Origin: Eremomyces bilateralis CBS 781.70
Taxonomy: Eukaryota
Direction: 5' to 3' (one strand)
NCBI GenBank assembly: GCA_010015585.1
Contig: ML975172.1
Length of the DNA stretch: 36,876 nucleotides
Below are positions 22,875 to 34,127 of this stretch, piece by piece; position 1 is the first letter of the stretch; every line of letters starts with the position of its first letter. The translations under genes were made by a program, and so were the position numbers. The notes under the pieces were generated by a model. That model was not told the origin of the DNA. It saw nothing but the letters and a program-made list of their open reading frames with translations, and ran no database searches.

Positions 22875-24656
22875 CTACTGCCTCCTCGCTCTCGGATCCT
22901 GCGCCTCCATCTTCCTCCAATCCCTCAACTCCTGCGTCCCCAAACTCCCCAACCCCCCTTCACTCCTCCTCTCCCAACCTCCCAATCTCACCACCAACGC
23001 CGTCGCATTATCCGCACTCGCGCTCACCTCCACGGCAAACGACACCAGATCCTTCGCGCCCTGTTCAGGCGTCTTCGCCTCCTTCACCACGTCCACGATC
23101 TCCTCATCCGACATCACACCGGACACGCCGTCGCTTACGAGCACGAGGAACGAGTACTCCGCGGGTGAGAGCTCGACGCGGCGAATCTCCGGCTCGGCCG
23201 ACACGCCGATGCGCTTTGCCTTCATGTCGCCGAAGGAGCGGGTGTTGGCGAGGCCGATCATGCGCTCCTCGCCGAAGGAGTCGGTGACGAAGGTGGCGGC
23301 GTAGCGACGGAGGCGGGTGGCTTCGACGGGGTCGGAGGGGTGGTGGTTGGAGGTGAGGGGGACGGGGAGGCCCGTGGCGGTGGCGCAGAGGAGGATGCGG
23401 GTGTCGCCGACGTGGGAGGTGATGAGGGTGGAGGGGGAGGACGGGTGCCAGAAGGGGGTGGGGCTGGGGGTGGAGATGAGGGCGATGCTGCTGGTGGAGC
23501 CGCCTTGGAAGGTTTTAGGGCCGCCGATGGGTTCGGAGGTGCGGGAGGGTTTGTCGATGATGTCGTGTTCGTTGAGGGCGCGGTCAGAGAGGACGGAGTC
23601 GGCGTCTTCTTTGTTGGCTTGCGCAGAGATGAAGTCGTAGTCGGCTTTTAAGAAGGCGTATTCGAGGACCGTTTCGATTCCGATGCCCTCGCCTGCGGTG
23701 GCCGGTCGGGAATTTCCCATGGGCTGTCGAGCGGTCTCGCCCTCGAGGACATAGCCTTTGCCGCCGGCGTTGATGGAGAAGTATTCGGGTTTGAAGCGGC
23801 GGTAGTAACCGCCAACGAGCTGTTTGTAGGAACTAACGAGTTCTTTCTCAAGCTCTTCGGCTTTGCCTAAGGCGTCGGACTGCTCCACGGCAGCCGTCTC
23901 ATCTCCTGCCTTTACATCTCTCGACTCCTGTATTTCCTCCACTTTCACCGACCCGTATCCCGCTCCTTTCCCGGAATCCCCGCCGATGCCCGTAATCGCC
24001 GGCCCCTTCTTCAAACTACTCTCCAACCCAAACTCCCTCCCCGCCTCCTCCACATACAAGTGCAACCGCTCCTGCAAAAACTTACTACACTCCGCCCCGC
24101 CATGCCCATCAAACACCCCAAAATAAAACACCTGCGGATCCCCACTCGCACTATCCGCACTCGTCCCCTGGCCCGCAATCTCCGCCCTCGCGCTCCGCGT
24201 CAGGGAAATCGGCCGCCGCTTCGCGAACGCGGGGATCTCGATCGTGCCCTCTTGATGGGCGTCTTCGTTGTATGGTCGGGAGCCGCGCGACACGGCGGCG
24301 CCGAAGTGGTGCTTCGCGCTCTTCAGGGGGATGCGCACGACAGTCATTTCGCGGGAGGCGCCGATGTTGGAGGGGGCGGCGGCGGGGGGGTGGCGGTCAT
24401 CGTGCTTGTCGTGGGGGGTCGATTTGTCACGGGGGAGTTTGTGGTGGGGGATGCGGCCGTCCGGGTGCATGGAGGAAGAGGGGAGGTTGGTGACGAAGTA
24501 GTCGTGGTAGCATCGTGAGTGGCGGAGGGCGGAGGTGGTGGTCGGGAGTATGGGGGGGGTTATTGCTGGGGATATGGAATAACATCGCGGGAGGGATGAG
24601 GATCGGAATGCGGGGAGTTGGGAGGGAATGCGTGGGTGAAGAGTGGGAGGACGCAT
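22875..24656 (-). CDS. PTC6: PP2C/PPM-family Ser/Thr phosphatase, Ptc6/Aup1-like (S. pombe Ptc4-like), probably mitochondrial; intronless, 593 aa
   Basis: PP2C motifs RPYNED, FGVFDGHGG, GGST, HVGDTR, LANTRSFGD, LVSDGV, ADNAT. Subfamily signature RRYA..F.TDSFGEER. The N-terminus is Arg/Ser/Pro-rich and lacks acidic residues, like a mitochondrial presequence. First ATG at 24654-24656; the ORF track starts at an upstream TTG. Confidence 0.88.
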   Translation of the reverse strand: MRPPTLHPRIPSQLPAFRSSSLPRCYSISPAITPPILPTTTSALRHSRCYHDYFVTNLPSSSMHPDGRIPHHKLPRDKSTPHDKHDDRHPPAAAPSNIGASREMTVVRIPLKSAKHHFGAAVSRGSRPYNEDAHQEGTIEIPAFAKRRPISLTRSARAEIAGQGTSADSASGDPQVFYFGVFDGHGGAECSKFLQERLHLYVEEAGREFGLESSLKKGPAITGIGGDSGKGAGYGSVKVEEIQESRDVKAGDETAAVEQSDALGKAEELEKELVSSYKQLVGGYYRRFKPEYFSINAGGKGYVLEGETARQPMGNSRPATAGEGIGIETVLEYAFLKADYDFISAQANKEDADSVLSDRALNEHDIIDKPSRTSEPIGGPKTFQGGSTSSIALISTPSPTPFWHPSSPSTLITSHVGDTRILLCATATGLPVPLTSNHHPSDPVEATRLRRYAATFVTDSFGEERMIGLANTRSFGDMKAKRIGVSAEPEIRRVELSPAEYSFLVLVSDGVSGVMSDEEIVDVVKEAKTPEQGAKDLVSFAVEVSASADNATALVVRLGGWERRSEGGLGSLGTQELRDWRKMEAQDPRARRQ

Positions 24657-25651
24657 AATCGAGGTTTGATGGACCGCAACATTGTGGGACAAATGTGGTC
24701 ACATCATTGTCGGTGAGGATGTTGGTATACACCTCGCAATTCGCAAACCATTCATCCACAGCAACACAAAGGGAGTTGGATATCCAAGATTGGTGAATGA
24801 CGAGGAAGAATTATTGAGACGTTGAGTTGCAGAAGCTTCGGGAATAGCGGACTGGCTCCGCCGCATCGGCAATAATTACGGACAGAGGGGGGAAGACAAG
24901 CTCCGCAAGTCCGCATGATTTAATTTAATGCAATTTAATTTATTTGCAGAGCCTCAATGTGCCTCGTGCATAATGACATCTACGATCTGCATCTCAAGGA
25001 ATCGGTTTGGCAATGGACTACATGTCACAAGTATTGTTGAGAGGATGACAGGGCAATATTATCCCCCATTCGCTCTCTTCCAACTCCTCAAGGCCTCAAC
25101 TCACTTCTTCATGCGCAGCTTCGGCGATAGTACGGACATTTCTCTGGAGGATTCGAGGTCGGATCGACTTGCCTAATGCAGCGAGACAACATCCACTTCT
25201 CCTGTCTGTGTGAACAATGATGTGATGAGATGGCTTATCATGCAGCATCAGCGCATCACGGCTATCAAAGGCTGGAGTCGCCTCTAAACAAAACCAAGAC
25301 TTGTTGAACCCTTCGAATTGTTCCACTTGATTGGATTATGTGATCGATATGGGGTTCAAGTTGGGGACACCAATGCCTTATTGCCGAACCCCGCCTCCAC
25401 TCCGTCGTGATATCCATTTCTTTTTAGTTCGATGTCTTTAGCCTGCCATTCCCTCTTCTCCAGCTTTTCTCTCCGCATACCGGTGCACTTCTGTCGAAGA
25501 GAAGAGATCGACTCAACTTTGTGTTTCATTCATCGAACCCAAGTCTTTCATATCCCCTAAGGCGTTTCCTCCAGCTCTACCATCTTTCATCTGTCCTCAA
25601 GGTGCTGTACCTGTACGCTGTAAGGAAAACATACCGGCCGATATCGCCACC

Positions 25652-27485
25652 ATGACCGGGACAAATGGAACAAACGGGACGAATGGGACGAACGGAACCC
25701 GCCAGTTGCCCTTCGAAGTGCGTTATCCCATCTCAATAATGCAGGTATTGCCAGGCTTCAGATATAGCTGACAGCATGGAATCAACAGCTCAAGAGCCAA
25801 GCATTGTTCAAAGACCAGGCATATGTCAACGGAGAATGGGTCGAAGCAAAGTCCGGGGCTCGATTTGAAATCGTCGGTACGCTCCATCCCCCTCCATCCC
25901 GATGGCCTCCCTACCTCTTTTCCGGCCAGCTTCTCACCATCTCACAGACCCGGGCACCGGCAAGGTCTGGGCCACCGCCCCCAACATGGCCGCCGAAGAC
26001 GTCGACGCCACCGTCCAATCCGCCCACCAAGCCTTCCTCACCTACCGCAAAGTTAACCCCCGCGAACGCGCCCAGAAGCTCATGAAATGGGACACCCTGA
26101 TCCGCGAAGCAAGGGACGACCTCGCGCGCATCCTCGTCCACGAGACTGGGAAGCCGCTCGCTGAGGCTTACGGCGAGATCGACTATGCAGTTGGATTTAC
26201 CTGGTGGTTTGCGGGGGAGGCGGAGCGCGTGCGCGGGACGGTCGCGACGCCGGCGGCGCCGGGGAGGAGGGTGTTTACGGTTAAGCAGCCGATTGGCGTG
26301 GCGGCGGCGTTGGTGCCGTGGAATTTCCCATTCGCGTGAGTGAGGTTCGAGTCGGGTCGAGATGACTTGCTAACAGGCTCAGCATGATTCTTCGGAAGTG
26401 CGGAGCGGCTTTGGCCGCCGGATGTCCGATGATCATCAAGCCGTCTCCGGAGACGCCACTCAGCGTGCTGACGCTCGTCCACCTTGCCGAGAAGGCTGGC
26501 TTCGAGAAGGGCCTCCTGAGTGTGTTGACGACCGATCTTGAAAACACCCCGGCCCTCAGCGAGGCGCTCTGCAAGCACCCCCTCGTCAAGAAAGTCACCT
26601 TCACCGGCTCCACGCGCATCGGCAAGCTCATCGCTGCGCACTGCGCCGAGGGCCTCAAGAAGGTCACCCTCGAGCTCGGCGGCAACTGCCCCGTCCTGAT
26701 CTTCGACGACGCCGACCTCTCCGCCGCATGCGCGCAAATCGCCGCCCTCAAGTTCCGCCATGCCGGGCAAGCCTGCATCACCGCGAACCGCGTCTACGTG
26801 CAGCGCGGCGTGTATGATAAGTTCACCACGATGGTGGCGGACTACAGCCGCGGGCTGAAGGTCGGGCATGGGATGACGGAGGGGACGACGATGGGGCCGT
26901 TGACGACACCCAGGGGGGTGGATAAGGCGGAGGCGCAGGTGGAGGACGCGAGGAAGCTGGGTGCGCGCATCGTGACGGGTGGGAAGCGGGTTAAGATCGA
27001 TGGGGGGTATTTCTTCGAGCCGACGGTCATCTTGGACGCGACGCAGGAGATGCAGATTGCGCAGGAGGAGAGCTTCGCGCCGTTGTGTGCGATATTCCCG
27101 TTCGACACCGAGGAGGAGGCGGTGGAGCTGGCGAACGCGACGAGCGTACGTACCTTCCATCTTTCCCCTTTTACTGCTTCCGCCAGTGATCCGCGTTGTT
27201 TCACCAGCGTGGGAACATGGACTGGGATAGTCGACTGACATGCATGCAATCTAGATGGGCCTCGCGTCGTACTTCTTCACAAAGAACATCGACCGCACGT
27301 GGCGGCTGCTAGAAAACCTTGAGGCAGGGATGATCGGGATGAACACCGGAAACAGCTCGGCTGCCGAGAGTCCGTTTGGCGGGATTAAGGAGTCGGGATA
27401 CGGGAAGGAGTCGGGCATGGGGGTTGCGGTGGACGAGTACATGATCACCAAAACGGGCACGTTGACGCTTGACGGACATTATTGA
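25652..27485 (+). CDS. NAD(P)+-dependent succinate-semialdehyde dehydrogenase (ALDH5/GabD/UGA2 family), 511 aa. Exons 25652-25717, 25789-25876, 25948-26335, 26383-27145, 27255-27485
   Basis: ETGKP..EA.GEI.Y; KQPIGV...PWNFP.AMI.RK; KPSPETPLS; FTGST; catalytic Glu in LELGGN; catalytic Cys in KFRHAGQACI; EESFAP; PFGGIKESGYGKE. All four introns are GT-AG and preserve the frame. Orthology to UGA2 versus a paralog is not resolved. Confidence 0.92.
25661..25696 (+). repeat. Coding 9-bp imperfect tandem repeat encoding (TNG)4 at the SSADH N-terminus
   Basis: acaaatgga-acaaacggg-acgaatggg-acgaacgga. Confidence 0.85.
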
Positions 27486-28799
27486 GTGTACCGGTAGATG
27501 GATTGTCGTCGAACGTGGTTATTTACTCTAGATTTAGAAATTGAGTTGCGCAATGCGACCGGAGTACTGGTAAACGGGATATAGATATCAGACCTCTTCA
27601 ACATCTACGTCGATGAAACAGCATCCATTCGTGGAGCGTTGGGGTGTGACTGCTGATCCATACTCGCCATGACATCTTAGCACTTGGCAACTGTTCCTGA
27701 ATTCGATCTCGCGATCCATATCCACGGCCTCGTATCCGAGTAGTATAAATGAACCTCCTCCCCACTGGACGGTCCACAAGGACTGGGTGGTCTCCCCTCG
27801 TGCGAGCGTCCTACAATCTCGGTGACCGCTAAAGATAGCTCCTCTTTCTTCGGAAACCGGAATGGTACCGTTGACCGTTCATCTCCCCTGGTTCCCGAGT
27901 GAATGATTGGTAGCCCAACTCCGCCCATGGACGGAATGCCGTGCATGAATCTGACGATCGCAAAGTCGTAGCGCGGGGAGATCCTTGATGCTAACTACGG
28001 AATTGAAGGCGGAGTTGGAGATGTGGCTGGAATGTGGCTCAACACGCCCAACTGACCAATGAGATTCTCGGGAGTTGCATTCTCCCCGACGGAGCAGAAT
28101 CCCTCCGACTCCTCACGTCGAATTCCTCCGGCTGGCACAGACGTAGAGTAACCATACAAGCTTTCGTGAACGCCGGATTGTTCAACCGTCCGCAGGCGGA
28201 ATGTCTGCCCTACAACCTCCTCCCATGTCATTCTCCGATGACTGACGCCCCACTAAAAAGTATTGTAGATTCAACGTGCATTGCCGACGCGGACTATCTG
28301 GCATTATATTGGAAAATGAAGCTGAGAAAATGATGCCGACTGAGCCATGATGTGTGCGACTCCGCATTTGAAACGGTCGGAAGGAGCCATGATCGTCATG
28401 CGGAAGTTGGTTTTCGGCGGCACAGTAAGGAGCGACGCGACAACTGTGCCGCCGCTGTGCACCGGTATGAAGGGACATGGGCGATTGAGATTGGCATATA
28501 AGATGCGTGATGGACGCCGATGGATGAAGTTCCTGGATTCAGATTCACTCATAAACTCCTTAATTCACTCTAGCATTTCATCCAACACCTGGACTGGAAG
28601 TCAAACGGACATCACGGAACCAACACATCCTCTCTTCAACTTCAAGTCTTTTATATTTCGCTCCGGTTTGGTTCTCCAGTTACGTCTCGTCACCAACATC
28701 AGCACCTACACCGCATTCCTCGCCGCTCTCGACTTCGCCATCTTCTGAAGTTCATCGCCAACACGACCACTTAATCATCAACCCTCCACAGCCATCATA

Positions 28800-29646
28800 A
28801 TGTCTACTCCTCGTTTGGCCATCTTCGGCGCCACTGGCGGCTGTGCCAACGGCACTCTCGCCCTCGCTCTCAAGGAAGGCTACATCTGTACCGCACGTAT
28901 GTCCATCCCAACCCTCCTCCCCAAACTCTCACTAACCTCTTCCAGTCGTCCGCAACCCCACCAAGCTTAACACGATCCTCTTCGAAAATCACCAAATCGA
29001 CGCCGCCACCTACATCGCTAGCGGCGCCCTCACCGTCGTCGAAGGCAGCATCTCCAAGCAAGAGGACATCCTCTCCACCATCCGCAACGGCAACTCCCCG
29101 CCCGCCGACCACATCGTCTTCGGCCTCGGCGGTGCCCCCTCCCTGCAATGGTCCATCATCACCCCCGTGACCATGCACCACCCGACCATCTGCGAGGACG
29201 CCACCAAGGCCATCCTCGCCGCCATCGCCACCGTCCGCGGCACCACCCCGTCCTACCGCCCCGTGCTGTCCTGGATCTCGACCACCGGCACCAGCTCCCG
29301 CCGCGACGTGCCGATGCTGATCTACCACCTGTACCACTGGATGCTACAGGTGCCGCACGCCGACAAGCGGAAGATGGAGGCGCTGATCTTCGACAACCAG
29401 CCCACCGAGGGGAAGGGGCACGCATATGAGTTTGTGATCATCCGCCCGACGCTGCTGACGGATGGGAATTATAAGGGGTTGGACAAAGTGAATGTCGGGT
29501 GGGAGAATCCCGATCAGACCGGCGACGGGCCAGCAATGGGGTATTCGATTAGCAGGAAGGATGTGGGGCAGTGGATCTTTGAGACGATCGTGAAGGATGG
29601 GAAGAAAGGGCAGTATAACAACAAGTGTGTCACGCTCACTTATTGA
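28800..29646 (+). CDS. Atypical SDR / NAD(P)-binding oxidoreductase (flavin-reductase/BVR-B-like, NAD_binding_10 type), 265 aa. Exons 28800-28896, 28946-29646
   Basis: Rossmann IFGATGG followed by ALVRNPTKL across intron 28897-28945 (GTATGT...CTAAC...CAG). Also ISTTG, PHADK..ME, IIRPTLLTDG and GYSISRKDVGQWIF. Confidence 0.88.
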
Positions 29647-30535
29647 GCGGTCAATTTGGGTTTGGGAGTTCACATTGATGAAAGGCGTCACGCGAGTGTG
29701 GGCTATGGATGAGACTCATGGCTACGGATTGGGAATACACTTTTTCCCACTGAGATTTCCTTTGTTATCATGGGCAATAGATTACGCTGGCATCTCGAGC
29801 GGAGGGCATCAACGAGCGCTCGGAGTTGATTCGAAGGGATTAATCATTCAGCCGGACAGTTTTTTCTCTAAATTTTCCAAATTACACATTCACCGTTTTA
29901 AATTTACCCCTTTGCAATTCTCACGAGATCGGATAATGTGGCCTCGGTAACGCGTATCGATTGAAGACCATCCTACTATCTTTGTGCTCGTGGAGAACGG
30001 CTGCTTAACGAACGCCGTGCGACATTTATCTGTACTATGTACGGCATTGTGGAAGCTGAGACAGCAGCATGCTCATGCATGTTTCCGGTTTGTATTCAGT
30101 TATTTAAATACAGACCCATCTAGCCCTTCATGACCCGAAGACATCTGTAGTGTACCTTGCGGCATCAGTACGTGATGTGGTGCACCATATCCCATGCTGG
30201 TTTCCTACAAGCAACAGCCATGGCATCCTCGGGTCCAACTATATCGATTCCCCGTACTCCATAAATCATCGTTCACGTGCAGATAGAGGTAAGCAGATTA
30301 ATCGTAGATTCGAAGTATTAAGTAGCCAATATGTCGAAGAGATTCACAAGAAGAGAATCCAGTCTAGGTACAGAAGATACAGGTATCTACCCCCGAAGCC
30401 TCCGGACTCCACTATGCTGTACCTTGACGTTCAGATGACAAGTATCCAAACGAGCCTGTAAATGCGAGCAGATGTGCGTTAGCCGACCCGTTTCCTCTCC
30501 AATGCATATGTTCCGGAAATCAAGAGATCCAAGGA

Positions 30536-31869
30536 CTATAAGAACGTATATAGTATGGCCAACAGACCAAGCAGGGCGCCCAAACCTCCAGTTCGCACCG
30601 CAGCGGCGCCCGACTCCTCACCCGCTTCCCCCGACGGGTTCTCGGTGCCGACCGTCTGGCTCCCGCCATCGCGTTTCGTGAGGTTCATGTTATACCCGTT
30701 GACGGCGAAGGTCACTTTGCCCGTGGAATAGAAGGCCTCCTGGCCGAATTCGACGAGGCCGAGGTTCAGGGAGGGGTCGATGAGATCGTTGTCGATGAGG
30801 AATTGGAGGAGGGGGTAGAAGTCCGTGTCGAAGGATGTGGTGTTAATAGGAGGGAACCAGGTGAAGGAGGTGGTGCCGCGTTGGTTGGTGCCGCGGTAGA
30901 GAGTGCTGGTGAAGGTTAGTTCTAGACTTGTAGATGCCGTTGCGGGCTCCAGCAGAATTGAGGAACCGATGTAGTGTAAAGAAAATGTAGCAGGGTAGGC
31001 GTAGATGAAGAAGTTAAGGAAGGCACGGTGAGGGAACATACTATTTCGCATCCTCCAATTGAAAGTTCCACGTCGGCTCGTTCCATCCCAGCGGATACGG
31101 CTGCCCAATAGTACCCAGCCAAATCAAGATCTCATATTTGGCCAGGGTCTCGTTCTGGGACTTGGCCGGATCCGCGTCCACGAACATATCGATCGCGACG
31201 TTGGCGGTGACGCTGTTGGCTACCAAGCCGGCGGCATCGAAGGAGGAGTCCAGGGCGGCGACATCCCCGGCCACGAAGCTCCAGTTACCCGACAGCTTCA
31301 GCCCCGAGATATTCGCCAGCGGGGTCGGTAGCGCGTCCGAGTTGAATTTGACATGCGGGAAGGAATGCACCGTGCCACGATCGGTCTCCCATTGCCAGTT
31401 CACTTCGAAGGCGGACCCTTCGTTGGTAACCTATGATCGCGAGATAGGTGTTAATGGAGATCCACAGCAGGCGGGAAGGGGGACGGAGCTTGTAGTTCCC
31501 TTCTTCTGTAGATCGGTAAATCTGCGAAAATAGGTGATAGACTCGGTCGGAGGTGGTACCGTACCTTCATGCATTGCTCGCCGTGCTCCGTAGGATTCCA
31601 AACATTGGTTACAACTATTACAAGGATAACATTCAGCACATGTCCTTATTCAAGTTCTGGGCGGACGAAAAGGTCGAGCGGCAGGGAGAAGAGCGCGTTT
31701 CCGTACTTGTGTAGCCATTGCCAGGGCTGCTGTAGAAGTCATTCAGCCCACAAGAGAGTTGATCAACTTTGACCTGAGCAGCGTGCGCCGGAGTCGACAC
31801 CAGAGCAATCGACGCCGTCGTCCATATTAGGTCCGATAGACGTGGTGTTCTCAATCGAAATATAACCAT
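30536..31869 (-). CDS. Secreted, predicted GPI-anchored glycoside hydrolase family 12 (endo-beta-glucanase/xyloglucanase-like), 323 aa. Exons 31869-31707, 31614-31565, 31430-31042, 30905-30536
   Basis: GH12 motifs: N.WN...G.QC, W.W....VHSFP, ANVAIDMF, nucleophile YEILIWL...PLG, acid/base FGQEAF. Signal-peptide-like N-terminus. The C-terminus has a small-residue site (SGAA) followed by the hydrophobic tail LGALLGLLAILYTFL. Introns 31615-31706, 31431-31564 and 30906-31041 keep the frame. Confidence 0.88.
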
Positions 31870-34127
31870 GACTACGGAGTCTCGGTCTATGTCGCTAGAG
31901 CAACTTCTCTCGTTGGAACACGACGCTGCTATGTAGGTGTCGAGCACTTTCTCCACAAAAGGGGAAAGTGGTGCAAACTTCTAGGCCCAGTCGATGGTTT
32001 CAACTGATTCGGAGGAGCGGACGTACACTGTCTCGGGCGAACTAGGGAATGACGAAAGACTGTCCTACAGAACGACACGTACGTGGCTTTGGGGTGGTAC
32101 GAAGAAGAACAGAAGCATGGAGAAGTTCAGTTGGGGTCGCGGGGAGCGCGCGAAGCGGTGGAGTGGTTGAGCCCCTACCACTGATGCCACGACCTGACGA
32201 CCAAATTGATGGTGATGGCGCTCCTTGGACCGCCGTTCCATACTCTGCCGTTTCATTTCCGGATTGGTCGATTCCCATGTGGGTTGCGTTCTTCATTTTA
32301 CGATTGGCCCAGCCCGAAACTGCGCGCCAATCATAGCCGAAGACAGGCAATGCGCAAACCTTATTGATTTTCGGCACAGCTCCGGCTGTGTACCCAGCAA
32401 CGAGTCTCCGATAGATAGTAAGCTCACGGTAGGGCTTAATAAGATTCTCAGGAAGGAAAAAATCATCGTTCTCCGCGTACAAAGGACGTCTGTTGTCTTG
32501 CCCATCCTCGAGCTATCGAGTATCGATCTGGTAGGTTTGTTAGCGATCCTGTGTACTCATCGTGGATCAGCATATCAGATAACGGAACGCCACACGCAGC
32601 CACCGATGGACTCGGACCGCGTCGCTGTCGTGTGAGAGCGTTGATGTGGCCCATGAGGAATTCATTTTTCATGCAAGGAGCCAATGGGGTAAGAACAGAT
32701 TGGAGGAACACACGAGAAATGGCTCCATGGTAATTCGTTTCGCCCTCCTCACGTTGCAGTCGATGGAATATCCATAACTAACAATAAGCTCTGTTCCTAA
32801 GATTAGAATCCTCGATCGCCGCGTCCTTTACTTACCGTCTACGGACTAGGTAGTGGATAGGTGCTGACTCCCTGTGGCGGTTTGACCGGGGTTCCATGGT
32901 TGGGCTGGTGGGGTGGCCATTCGATTAATTCGAGGTACTCCGTCCAGAGTCCAGAGCCCAGACTCCAGTCCAGACGGACGAGAGAAACTATCGAATCCTG
33001 CACACCGTTAGCGAACCAGCTGCAACTCTCCGTCCGATGTGAAATCCCGATGCCGCGTAATGGGCTTAAAACGATAAGGACTCAAAGAAACAGGAACAGC
33101 GAACAACTTTGGTGGTTGGGATGCGGCGCGCGCGGGGGGTTGCAGTGATGGGCATCTGTGGTTGTATTTGGTGTCTTGGCAGACCAGGATACGTTTCTTG
33201 TTTGAGCTTACACACCCATGCTTTTCATATGTCGTGTGACAATCTCTTGGTAAAGACAGTCCTGTAACTTTGATGAGAAGTGACGAAGCATTTTAGTGCT
33301 GAAAGTTCCGTCGCTTCCATAGGGCACTGCGTCATACTGCCGAGAATAGCGGCTCCACCCCCTTTCGAGGATCCTCGAGGAACATGTCGGAGATAGCGTT
33401 ATTTTGTCCTTCAGAGATATTGTATCTTTGGAGGCAAGGTAAACAGAATCGGTAGGTTTGGAACCGGGGACGAAACTGTCCTTGGGAAGTCCACGTAGTG
33501 TACCGTGATTGAAAGTAGAATTCTTTTGCAGCCACTGTGGTTGGAAGCTCTCCAAAGCTTGTTCCGTACCCCTGTTTCTAGTCCACGATAAGACTTGCTT
33601 GAAAATGTGGTCGTTGGCGAAGACTCCTTCCGCGTCCACTACACCGTAATGTTCCACTTCCTCGTGTCATTAAGAGTTACCAATTATTTGCATTAAAGCA
33701 CCTCCGTATCCGTAAGCAAAGCGATAATCGTGTATCCGGATAGCCCCATATGTAATGCAGCTATATTCTGAAGCCGGTACCAAGTGCAGGCGGACTGTTC
33801 CTGGTGGCTGGAAAGCGGGTGGGATACGACGGGGGGACATCTGCAAACTGCATGGCTTGCCGATGCACTGGAGTCTCCGCAAGCGGCAAATCGTTCATCT
33901 TTAATCCTAGGGTGTCGTCCCGTCTTCTGTGCTCGAATTCCTATTTACTATTTTTTGAATTTTCAGCCTTCTCTCGTTACCGACCACCTCTTGTTGTACC
34001 TGCTGGCTGGGAGTAGGAGAAGAGGAATTGCCGATTCCCTTCGTGCCATTCGTTTTGGAAGGATTTGAGTTGAAGATTCATGTGCTGAATTCGATAATTG
34101 TCCCTTCGCTTTCCCCAGAATAACCCA

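Noticed and set aside
26343..26355. GGTTCGAGTC resembling a tRNA T-loop/B-box
   Set aside because: It lies inside a 47-nt SSADH intron and no cloverleaf stems surround it.
26183..27241. 352-aa minus-strand ORF
   Set aside because: Antisense shadow of the SSADH coding exons.
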